This document shows, in pieces, positions 10,274 through 19,899 of a stretch of DNA of 64,000 bases. The notes beneath the pieces are model-generated. The model was not told the origin of the DNA, searched no databases, and was given only the letters and a program-made list of their open reading frames with translations. The translations under genes and the position numbers were made by a program. Within the stretch, counting starts at the first letter, position 1. Every line of letters begins with the position of its first letter. Origin of the DNA: an uncultured Spirochaetota bacterium (GTDB taxonomy: Bacteria > Spirochaetota > Spirochaetia > SZUA-6 > Fen-1364); NCBI GenBank assembly GCA_963781885.1, contig CAWAHW010000001.1:192001-256000 (forward strand), given 5' to 3'.

Positions 10274-11929
10274 TCATTTGTGCGTCATCACTTCCACCCC
10301 GTCCCAGGCCTCCGGCGGGGGCGTCTTCGCGTAACCCCTGCTCCTCTCCAGGAGCATCGCGGCGATCGGGTCGCGCGGCATGAGCTTCAGCGCGTCCTTG
10401 AAATACCCCGCGGCCCGGGAGAAGCTCCTGTCATAGTACTCCGCCATGCCAAGATTGTGCAGACCCCACGCCTCCTTCTCCGCGGCGGAGAGGTCTCTCC
10501 GGGCGGTGTAGATCTTCACCCCCTGCTTCTTGCCCTTCACCGCGACGGTGTCGAGCAACCGGCAGGGGACGGACTCCTTGATGGAGCGGTGGAGGCTTTC
10601 CGCGAAAAGCAGGTCCTGGTAATAGGTCTTCGTGAGCCCGGCAAGCCGGGAAGCGAGGTTCACCGGGTCGCCAATGACGGTGTAGCTCATCTTCGTTTCG
10701 GTGCCGATGGTCCCGAACGTGACGAGGCCCCGATTGATGCCGACGCTCACGGAAAAGGGACGGTGGCCCGCCGCGGTGCGGCGTCGGTTGAAATCGCGCA
10801 GCGCCTCGGTCATCTCGATGCCGGCAAGCACCGAGCGCAGCGCGTCGTCCTCCCGCTTGACCGGGGCGCCGAAGAACGCCATGACCGCATCCGTGATGTA
10901 CTTGTCCACCATGCCGCCGCGCGCCTGAATGGTGTCCACCATGGCACGGAAGTACGGCTCCAGGGACTGGACGAGCTCGTCGGGCCGCAGCGCGGTGGAG
11001 ATCTCCGCGTAGTTGGTGATGTGGGAGAACATGACGGAGAGAATGCCTTCGTCGCCGCTTACCTTGCTCTCGTTCGCCTGCACCTGCTTGATGACGTCTT
11101 CGGGCACGTACTGGCGGAAGACCTCCTTTATTTTTCGTTCGCGCATGCGCGACACGGCCGCCTTCAGCGCGTACGCCTTGATCTGCCGGTAGGCCGCGTC
11201 GAGGCCGTCCACCATGATGTTGAATGTCTGCGCGAGCTGACCGATCTCGTCGTGGTATTCCACCACCACCCGCTTCGACAGGTCGTTGGTGGAGATGATG
11301 TCCTGCATGGTCGATGCGACGCGGCGCAGCGGCCGGGTGAGGTAACCGGAAAAAAGCAGCACGAGGATCACCCCGCCCAGGATGGCCGCCGCGAGGATGA
11401 TGCCCGTGCGGATGGCGATCTGGTTCACCTGGTCGTAGAACGCGGCCCGCTCCTCGCTCACCACCATGTACCAGCCAAAGGGATCGAACCAGAAGCCCTG
11501 GGCCACGCGGGCCTTTCCCCCGATGGAGACCGTGACCAGGTCGGCGCTCTTCTTCGCGGCAAGCGCGGAAAGCCGCTGCTGCTCGCCGGGCTGGAGCGTC
11601 ACGTCGCTCGTGCTCATCAGCACGGCGCCATCCGGTCCCGTGGCAAGGATGAGCTCCGTGGCGCTCCGCACGATGCTGCGCGCGTAGCCTTCCACGGCCT
11701 GCTGGGTGGCGGAGACCATCTCGGGTTTACCCGTGAGGTTGTTGTCCACCAGGAGCCGCCACTGGCTCTGTGCCTGGGTCTGCAACTCCTCCGACTTGAA
11801 GCCGAGGAAGTCTTTGGCGATGCGCGTGATCCCGTTGGATGCGGAGAAATAACTGCTCACGCCGGTGAGGGCGAGGGTTGCCACGACCAGGGGCACGACG
11901 ATCAGCACGATTTTCAGCCGTATGCTCAC
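10274..11929 (-). CDS. Membrane class III nucleotidyl cyclase, copy A (2TM-sensor-HAMP-cyclase); C2-like half-site
   Basis: TM-periplasmic-TM-HAMP (DEIGQLAQTFN); cyclase motifs FSHITNY (Asp lost), VDKYITD, YTVIGDPVNLASRL, VKGK. GTG start overlaps the TGA of copy B. Confidence 0.9.
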   Translation of the reverse strand: MSIRLKIVLIVVPLVVATLALTGVSSYFSASNGITRIAKDFLGFKSEELQTQAQSQWRLLVDNNLTGKPEMVSATQQAVEGYARSIVRSATELILATGPDGAVLMSTSDVTLQPGEQQRLSALAAKKSADLVTVSIGGKARVAQGFWFDPFGWYMVVSEERAAFYDQVNQIAIRTGIILAAAILGGVILVLLFSGYLTRPLRRVASTMQDIISTNDLSKRVVVEYHDEIGQLAQTFNIMVDGLDAAYRQIKAYALKAAVSRMRERKIKEVFRQYVPEDVIKQVQANESKVSGDEGILSVMFSHITNYAEISTALRPDELVQSLEPYFRAMVDTIQARGGMVDKYITDAVMAFFGAPVKREDDALRSVLAGIEMTEALRDFNRRRTAAGHRPFSVSVGINRGLVTFGTIGTETKMSYTVIGDPVNLASRLAGLTKTYYQDLLFAESLHRSIKESVPCRLLDTVAVKGKKQGVKIYTARRDLSAAEKEAWGLHNLGMAEYYDRSFSRAAGYFKDALKLMPRDPIAAMLLERSRGYAKTPPPEAWDGVEVMTHK

Positions 11930-13590
11930 GAGGCCCTCGGAAGGTCCATGCCGTTCCAGCTCTCCGGGGGAGGCGATTTTTCGAACCGCGCGCAGCGCTC
12001 CAGGAACATCGCGGCAAGCTCATCCCCCGGCAGGGCCTTCACCACGTCGCGGAAGTACCCCGCGGCGCGGGAGAAGTTCCTGTCGTGGTATTCGGCCATG
12101 CCGAGATTGTGCTGGCCCCAGGCGTCGATCTGCCGCGCGTCGAGCGTCCGGCGCGCCGTGTAGATCTTGATCACCCCCGCGGAGGAGACCGGCACCCAGT
12201 CGAGGAGACGGCAGGGGATCTGGTCATGGACGGAGCGATGGAGGCTCTCCGAGAAGATGAGCGGCTGGTGGTAGATCTTCGTGAGCCCCTCGAAATGCTC
12301 GGCGAGCTCCGCCATGTCGCCGATGACCGTATATTCCTTCTTCTTCTCCGTCCCGATGTTGCCGATGGTCACCATGCCGTAGTTGACCCCGACGCCGATG
12401 CGAAACTCCGGCATGCCCGCCGCCTTCTGCCCGACGTTGAAGCCGTCCAACGCCTCGATCATCTCCACGCCCGCACGCACCGATTCCAGCGCGAAGCTCG
12501 ATTTCGCGGCCGGATCCGCCTGCGCGCCGAAGAATGCCTTGATGGCATCGCCGATGTATTTGTCCACGATGCCGTCGCGCTTCATGATGATCGCCACCAT
12601 GGTGTCGAAGTAGCGGTTGAGGGAATGCACGAGCTCGTCGGGCTTCATGCTCTCGGAGATCGTCGTGAAGCTGCGGATATCGGAGAAAAGCACGGAAAGC
12701 ACGCGGTTGTCGCCGACCAGGGTGTCCTCGGGGTTGGCGAAGTACTGGTGGATGACATGCTCGGGCACGAACTTGCCGAACAGGGTCTGCGTGCGCTTCT
12801 CCTGCCTCTGTGCCACGACTGCCTTGAACGCGAATCCCTTGATCTGCCGATAGGCCTCGTTCAGGCGCTCGATCATGAGGTTGAAGGTCTGGGCGAGCTG
12901 TCCGATCTCGTCGTCGTATTCGACGACCACCCGCGCGGAGAGATCGTTCGTGGAGATGATGTCCCGCATCGTCTTCATCACCCGCCGCAGCGGCCGCGTG
13001 AGGTAGCCGGCAAAGACGAGCACCAGGAGCACGCCGATGAGGATGGAACCGGCCAGGATGATGCCCGTGCGCACGGCGATCTGGTTCACCTGGTCGTAGA
13101 ACGCGGCGCGCTCCTCGCTCACGACCACGTACCAACCGAAGGGATCGAACCAGAACGGCTTCGCCACGCGCGAGGCTCCGCCGATGGAGATATTCACGAG
13201 GTCCGTGCTTTTTGCCGCCGCCAGGGCGGCGAGTGACTGCTGCTCACCGGCCTGGTAGGAGACCGGCGAGCTGCTCATCGCGAGCGTGCCATCCGCGGTG
13301 ACCGCGACGATGAGCTCCGTGCGGCTGCGCACGATGCTGCGGGCATAACCTTCCACGGCGGCCTTTGTCGCCGCCACCATCTCCGGCTTGCCGGTGAGAT
13401 TGTTGTCCACGAGCAGGCGCCACTGGCTTTCGGCCTGGTTCTGCAGCTCGAGCGCCTTGAAACCGAGGAACTCTTTTGCGATGCGGGTGATGCCGTTGGA
13501 TGCGGAGAAATAGCTGCTCACCCCCGTGAGGGCGAGGGTGGCGACGATCAGGGGCACGACGATGAGGATGATCTTGAGACGGATGCTCAT
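11926..13590 (-). CDS. Membrane class III nucleotidyl cyclase, copy B (2TM-sensor-HAMP-cyclase); C1-like half-site
   Basis: Paralog of copy A; FSDIRSFT and DKYIGD are intact; YTVIGDMAELAEHF lacks Asn/Arg; KGK is replaced by VSSAG. Confidence 0.9.
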   Translation of the reverse strand: MSIRLKIILIVVPLIVATLALTGVSSYFSASNGITRIAKEFLGFKALELQNQAESQWRLLVDNNLTGKPEMVAATKAAVEGYARSIVRSRTELIVAVTADGTLAMSSSPVSYQAGEQQSLAALAAAKSTDLVNISIGGASRVAKPFWFDPFGWYVVVSEERAAFYDQVNQIAVRTGIILAGSILIGVLLVLVFAGYLTRPLRRVMKTMRDIISTNDLSARVVVEYDDEIGQLAQTFNLMIERLNEAYRQIKGFAFKAVVAQRQEKRTQTLFGKFVPEHVIHQYFANPEDTLVGDNRVLSVLFSDIRSFTTISESMKPDELVHSLNRYFDTMVAIIMKRDGIVDKYIGDAIKAFFGAQADPAAKSSFALESVRAGVEMIEALDGFNVGQKAAGMPEFRIGVGVNYGMVTIGNIGTEKKKEYTVIGDMAELAEHFEGLTKIYHQPLIFSESLHRSVHDQIPCRLLDWVPVSSAGVIKIYTARRTLDARQIDAWGQHNLGMAEYHDRNFSRAAGYFRDVVKALPGDELAAMFLERCARFEKSPPPESWNGMDLPRAS

Positions 13591-13758
13591 AGACGATACT
13601 CACAATTTCGGCACATCGAAGGCAAAGGTGGAGGCGCGCCCATCCCGGATAAAAATACCCGCGCTGTCGCGGGCGCGCAAGGGCTGGCGCGGGCGCCGGC
13701 GGACCTTGCGCGATTCCCCTTCCCGGGCCATCATGGCTCGCCCGGAAAGGATGGTGCC

Positions 13759-16700
13759 ATGCGTGCGCGCCCGATCGTCCTGACACTCGCAATGCTGGTC
13801 GTCTTCGACCTGACGGCACGCGTGAACGCCGCCGACCGTATTGCCTTCACGCCGCCCGTGGTCTCATCCGAACCGACGGGTCTCGCCGCAACCGTGGGTG
13901 ACATCATCGATCGCGCAACGGAGCTGATGGCCAGGGTCTATGCGCCGAGCTTCACGGTGCAGGCGGACGCGCGTCAGGCCGACTATGCCGCGGCCACCAT
14001 CGCCACGCAGGACAAGGAAACACTCACGATCGTCGTCTCCCTGAAGCGCGCGTCGGACGCCTCGACGACCCCCACGCTGGTCTGGAACGGACCCGAGACG
14101 CCGGATACGCCGCTCTGGCTCGCCCGCGCGGTCTTCCTGCTGTGGAGCTCCTTCCATGGTTTCCTCGCCGACCAGAAGGGCGCGCCCCCGGTCTTCGTCG
14201 ACGAGCTGCCCGTGACGGCGGTGAATCCGCTCGCCACGCCGCTGGGCATCGCCGTCACTCCGTCCGGCACCATCGGCGCCGCGCTCGCGCTGACCTGTGT
14301 GGAGCTCGACAGCACCTTCCGCCTGATGAGCGAGCCGGGCAGGTCGCTCGCGGAGCGCGCGACACCGATCTATATCGGCAGCGTGGCGACCACGCCCGGG
14401 GGTTCGTTCCTCATGAAGCCGAGCACCGGTCGCGACCTCTACCGGCTGCAGCCCGGCGCCGCCGCTCCCCAGCGCATGCCGACCGGCATGGAGCTTTCCA
14501 CCACGTTTTACTGGGCGGCGTACCCCGACGGCAGCGCCCTCCTCATCGACGCCATGAATCACAAGGCCTGGCGCGTGGCCCCGGGCAACAAGCGCCAGGA
14601 GGTTCCGCTCTTCAGCTCGCCCAACTCGTACCCGACCGCTTATGCAATCGGTCCCGAGGGATCTATCTGGGTCTACGACCCGCTCCTTCGCGGCGTGCAC
14701 GTCTACACGGGCGAAGGCAAGCCGCTGGACATCGTGCTTCCCCTGGCCGATCCGTCGACTGCCGTTGCCGCCACCTCCATGGACGTGGGCCCGGACGGCA
14801 GCTTCATCCTGTTCGCGAACAAGACCCTCACGAAGTACCGGCGCGACGGCCGTCTGGTCTGGTCGCTCACGACGCTCGAAGGCTCCGAAGAGCCCGACAT
14901 GCCGGCCACGGCAAGCATCGCGGTGGACTGGTCGCGCGGGCTGATCTACCTCTGCGACGTGCTCGGGAGGCGCATCGTGAAGCTGCTCGACCGCGACGAG
15001 GCTGCCGCGCGCGGCGCGCACGACGATTTCGAGGAAAGGCTGATCGCGCTGCGCGCGGCCGGGCCGGGCGAGGAAGCGCAGGAGGCGGCGGTGGCGAGGC
15101 TCTATGCCGCCGCGGACTCGCCGATCATGGCAAAGACGTGGTGGCAGAAGGTGGCCGACGCGGACCCCGACGACGCCGAGGCCGCGGCGCAGCTTCAGGC
15201 CATCGAGGTGGCGGATCTGCGGACCGCCGCGCAGGCGCTGGACGCCAGCGCGCGCGCCACCCTCGCCACAATCGGCATTGAAACCGCGCGCCTGAGCTAC
15301 ATGCAGGCGATACAGAAGTACGAGCTTCTGCTGAGCAAGGCGCCGGCGGACGAGCAGGCGCGGACGGCGATGAACGCCCTGAAAGACCTGTTCAGCGAAA
15401 ACGGTCAGGGCGCCGTCCCGCAGAAGCCCCTCACCGTGGGCGACATGAAAATTGCCAATCTTTTTCCTTCGCTCATGCAGTGGTACGGGTCGCATCCGCC
15501 CGGCACCGTGACGGTGTCCAACCCGCTTGCCGACCCGGTGGAGAAGGTGCAGGTGAGCTTCTTCATCCCTCAATTCATGGACCTGCCGGTGGAGTCACGG
15601 ACGGTCCCGCGGCTCGGCCCGGGGGAGAGTGCGTCATTCAACCTGGCGCCGGCCTTCAACCAGAAGGTCCTCGAGCTGCAGGAGGACATGACGACGCAGG
15701 TGCAGGTGACGGTGAGCTGGACGGCAGCAGGCGCCGCGCAGTCCACGACCCGCACCGGCAGCGCCACGATCTACCGCAATACCGCCCTCACCTGGACCGA
15801 CACGCGCAAGATCGCCTCCTTCATCACGCCCAACGAATCCACCGTGAGCGGTTTTGCCGCGCGTGTCTTGGCGTCCAGCGACACCGCTCCCCCCGCATTC
15901 CTTTCCAAGACGATATTCCAGGCCATGCGCATCTGCGATGCGGTTGGCGCCTACGGCATCGCCTATGTCCCGGATCCCGATTCCCCCTTCTCCAAGGCCC
16001 TCGGCAAGGCGGAGATCGTGGACACGGTGCGTTTCCCCCGTGTCACGCTCTACAACAGGACGGGCGACTGCGACGATACCACCGCGCTGCTCTGCTCGCT
16101 CTTGGAATCCGCCGGCGTGCGCACGGCGATCCTCACCACGCCGGGCCACATCTTTCTTGCATTCGACACCGGCGAGCCGGGGAGAATGCCCCCTACCTCA
16201 CGGGCGGCGCCTACGAAGCCATGACGCGGGCCGGGGAGGCGTGGATCCCCGTCGAAACGACCATCCTGTCGCAGGGCTTCATGGCGGCGTGGGCATCGGC
16301 ATCGGACCTCGTGCGGAAATACGGCCAGACGGACGGCTTCGAGTTCATCCCCGTGGCAGGCATGCGCGACGCGTATCCCGCGCTGCCGCTTCCGCCCAGC
16401 GCCCTCACCGTCGCGGAGCCGGGACGCTCGAGCGTGGACCATGCCTACGCCGCGTCGCTTGCCGGCTTCACCGATACCCTGTACACCGGCAGGCTTGGCA
16501 GCTTGAATACATCGCTTGCATCCCTCTCCGGCAGCGCGGCGGTCAAGGCGAGGGTGCAGATCGGAATCCTCGACGCTCTTTTCGGGAAGCTGCCGGAAGC
16601 GGAAGTCTCTTTCCGTAAGGCCATTGCCGATGAACCGGCCATGGTGTCGCCATACGTGAACCTGGCGAACGTCCGGATCCTGTCGCACGATCAGGCCGGA

Positions 16701-16970
16701 GCACTCCAGGCGGTGCAACAGGGCCTTTCGAAAAACGCCGGTTCGGCGCTCCTCAATCTGCTCGCGGCGCGCATCTACTCCGACAAGGGGGACACGGCGA
16801 GCACGAGCACCTTTTTCGCAAAGGCAGTGAAGGCAGCTCCCGACCTTGCCGCGCGCTACGCCGCCATGGTGCCGGGCCTTGCGGCAGCCGCCCGGGGTGG
16901 AGATTCCGGCATTCAGCGCGCCGCGCAGGCGGATGCATCGCCTGCGGTCCTGTGGGGAACCGATCAATAG
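13759..16970 (+). CDS. Large exported protein: NHL-like beta-propeller, TPR, Ig-like and transglutaminase-like domains (frameshift near 16180)
   Basis: Signal peptide; NHL-like repeats (GIAVTPSG, YAIGPEGSIWVYD, IAVDWSRGLIYLCD); motifs TGDCDD, PGHIF, WIPVETT; C-terminal TPRs in the 15480..16970 frame. Confidence 0.75.
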
Positions 16971-17034
16971 TTGACAGATTGATTTTTCAGAGCTACTATT
17001 GGATTAGTCCAATATCAATTGGATCAATCCAATT
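16971..17034 (+). promoter_or_regulatory. Sigma70 promoter with two tandem palindromic operators (putative GntR sites)
   Basis: TTGACA(16971)-N17-TACTAT(16994); TATTGGATTAGTCCAATA (16997-17014) and AATTGGATCAATCCAATT (17017-17034). Confidence 0.85.
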
Positions 17035-18051
17035 ATGGTCAAGCTTGTCAGTATCAACAGGAAATCGAAAACACCCGCTTACCGACAGATCGTCCAGCAG
17101 ATAGAGCTCGCCATCAAGCAGGGAAGGCTGAAACCAGGCGAAAGGCTGCCGCCGGAACGGGAGCTTGCAACAGGACTTGAGGTTGCGCGCGGCACGGTGA
17201 CACGGGCATATGCCGAGCTTGTCCGCCTGTCGCTCATCGACGTCGCGCAGGGCCGGGGCAGCATCGTCATTGCCGGCGACACCAAGGATGCCGTGGGGAG
17301 AAAGGAGCAGGCAGAGGGCCTGATCCGCCGGCTGATCGACTCGCTTGCACGTCTGAAATTCGGCTACCCCGAGATGCGCGCCATGGTGGACCTTGCAATC
17401 GCCGGACAGGAGGAGGCGCTTACCGGCCTGAATGTCGCCGCGGTGGACTGCAACCCCGAAACACTCGGTATCTTCCAGCGGCAGATCGGGCTCCTCTCCC
17501 GCGTCAGCATCCGCGCGTACCTTCTTTCGGACATTGCAGGCGATCCCGCTCCCGCGGAGCGTCTCCGCGATTTCGACCTCCTCCTCACCACGTCCACCCA
17601 CTACGGCGATCTTTGCGCGCTCGCCCCGGGCCTCGTGCGGCGCATCCTCCAGGTCACGGTTGCACCGAGCCAGGAGACGGTGATGCGTCTGGCGTCGGTG
17701 CAGCAGGGCGCCCGGATCGGCGTGCTCTGCGAGAGCGCGAAATTCCTCGCCATCGTCCAGCAGCGCCTGGCAGGGATGCACGTGAGCGGTTCGGTGGACG
17801 CGCTTTTCTGGCCGCGCGCGCCCGGGGCGCTTTCGGATTTTGCCTCGAACAGGCAGGTCCTCATCCTTCCGCCCGGCGGCCACGGCTCGCCGTCGCGCGA
17901 AGAGGCGCGCGCCCTGCTTTCCTTCTCCGAGCAGGGGGGAACGGTCATCGTCTTCGACTACCAGATCGAGAAAGGATCGCTCGTGTACGTTGAAGAGCGC
18001 GTGCGCGATCTGCTGGAGAGCCGGGCCGGCGCCGGAAGGGATGCCCGATGA
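17035..18051 (+). CDS. GntR-family transcriptional regulator
   Basis: N-terminal wHTH PAYRQI...LKPGERLPPERELA...VARGTVTRAY...QGRGS; long C-terminal effector region. Confidence 0.9.
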   Translation: MVKLVSINRKSKTPAYRQIVQQIELAIKQGRLKPGERLPPERELATGLEVARGTVTRAYAELVRLSLIDVAQGRGSIVIAGDTKDAVGRKEQAEGLIRRLIDSLARLKFGYPEMRAMVDLAIAGQEEALTGLNVAAVDCNPETLGIFQRQIGLLSRVSIRAYLLSDIAGDPAPAERLRDFDLLLTTSTHYGDLCALAPGLVRRILQVTVAPSQETVMRLASVQQGARIGVLCESAKFLAIVQQRLAGMHVSGSVDALFWPRAPGALSDFASNRQVLILPPGGHGSPSREEARALLSFSEQGGTVIVFDYQIEKGSLVYVEERVRDLLESRAGAGRDAR

Positions 18052-18485
18052 ACGCCCCCACCATCGTACTGGGCGTCATTGGCGCCGACTGCCACTCCGT
18101 CGGCAACAAGATCCTCGATGCGTTCTTCACGGACAAAGGCTTCCGGGTGGTGAATCTCGGGGTCATGGTGTCGCAGGACGAGTTCATCGACGCCGCCATT
18201 GAAACAGGGGCTGCCGCGATACTCGTCTCGTCGCTGTACGGGCATGGCGAGATCGACTGCGAAGGATTCCGCGGCCGGTGCGTGGAGCGCGGGCTGGAGG
18301 AGATCGTCCTCTACGTCGGGGGCAATCTGGTCGTGGGCAAGACGCCGCGCGCGGCGGTCGCGGAAAAGTTCTCCGCCATGGGTTTCGACCGCGTTTTTTT
18401 CCCCCGCGACGACCTGGAGGAAGCTGCCCGGCTTCTTGGCGAAGACATCCGTGCCCGACGTCAGGCAGTGGCGGGCCCTGCGTGA
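18048..18485 (+). CDS. glmS: Glutamate (methylaspartate) mutase subunit S, B12-binding
   Basis: GVIGADCHSVG (DxHxxG), VSSLYGHGEIDC, YVGGN. Confidence 0.95.
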   Translation: MNAPTIVLGVIGADCHSVGNKILDAFFTDKGFRVVNLGVMVSQDEFIDAAIETGAAAILVSSLYGHGEIDCEGFRGRCVERGLEEIVLYVGGNLVVGKTPRAAVAEKFSAMGFDRVFFPRDDLEEAARLLGEDIRARRQAVAGPA

Positions 18486-19899
18486 AACGCGTCCTCAGCG
18501 TCGACATCGGCTCCACGTGGACAAAGGCCGCGCTTTTCGGGCTTGACGGGGCTGCCCCGGTGCTGGGCACGACCCAGGTGCCGACCACGCAGGACGACCT
18601 TTCCCGGGGGTTCACGGCCGCCGCCTGCGCGCTGTTGGGGCTCGCTCCCGACACCCCTGCATCGCGCATCGGCGCGGAGCTTCCCGTCCACGTCTGCTCG
18701 TCGGCAAAGGGAGGGCTTGCAATCGCGGCCGTGGGCATCGTGCCCGACCTCACGGTGAGCGTTGCGCGACTCGCCGCGGCCTCGGCAGGCGCGCGGATCG
18801 CCGCCACGACCGCGTACAAGATCGGCGCGGCCCAGCTCGCGGAGATCGAGGCCGTGAAGCCCGACATCGTGCTTCTTTGCGGCGGTACCGACGGAGGCAA
18901 CGAGAGCTGCGTCCTGCACAACGCGCGCGCCCTTGCCGCAATGACGGGAAACGCGGCCATCGTCTACGCCGGCAACGCGGCACTGGGAGCGGAAGTACGC
19001 GGCATCCTTGCGGGCAGGTCGCTCCAGGTCGTGCGGAACGTGATGCCCAATGTCGGGGTGCTCGACATCGAGCCGGCGCGCGCCGCGATACAGTCCATTT
19101 TTCTGGAGCGCATCGTGGAGGGGAAGGGGTTGGAGGAAGTGCGCGCCACGAGCGCGGGGGATCTCCGGCCCACGCCCCTTGCCGTCTACGAGCTTCTGGA
19201 AGCAGTTGCGGCATCCGGCGCGGCGCCCCCCCTGCTCCTCATTGACATGGGGGGAGCCACCACTGACATCTACTCGCTCTGCCCTTCCTTCTCCCCGGAG
19301 GAAGGCACCGTGCTGCGCGGCATCGAGCCCCCCGGCTCATGCGGACCGTGGAGGGAGACCTTGGTCTGCGCGTGGGCGCCGCAGCGGCCGCGGAGACCGG
19401 GAGCGCCTATATTGAAACGCGCCTCAAGGAAACAGGGACACCGCCAGAGGCATTCGCAGCGTGGGTGCAGCGCGCCACCGGAAGCCCCGAGGTCCTCCCG
19501 GGGAACGAGACCGAACAGATGTTCGACGACATACTCGCGGAGGCATGCCTCTTCCATGCCCTCTGCCGGCACGCCGGCACCATGGAGGAAGTCTGGACGC
19601 CGGGAGGCAAGGTGCGCGTCCAGCGGGGCAAGGACCTGCGCGGCGTCGCCCTTATCGCGACAAGCGGCGGCTGGCTTTCCCGCCGGGGATCCAACGCGCC
19701 GCTCCTGCGCGCCCTTGCCGCGGCGCGGGGCGACACGCGCGCCGTGCGGCTTCTTCCCGCCGCGCCCCGGGTCGCGGCCGATGCGCGCTATCTCCTGCCC
19801 CTGCTGGGCAACGTCGTTTCCGCGTACCCGACGGAGGCAACCCGACTCGCCGCGGAGTGCATGGGAGCGCTCATTCCCGAGGAAACGCATGCGCGATAG
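18482..19899 (+). CDS. glmL: Glutamate mutase reactivating factor GlmL/MutL (frameshift near 19330)
   Basis: DIGSTWTK, CSSAKGGL, GGTDGGN, DMGGATTDIYS; continues as RTVEGDLGLR…RHAG in the 19339..19899 frame after a C homopolymer. Confidence 0.9.

Noticed and set aside
10274-13590. Cyclase pair as an assembly duplication or two decaying pseudogenes
   Set aside because: The copies differ at many synonymous and non-synonymous sites, both are full length and coupled, and the losses are precisely complementary.
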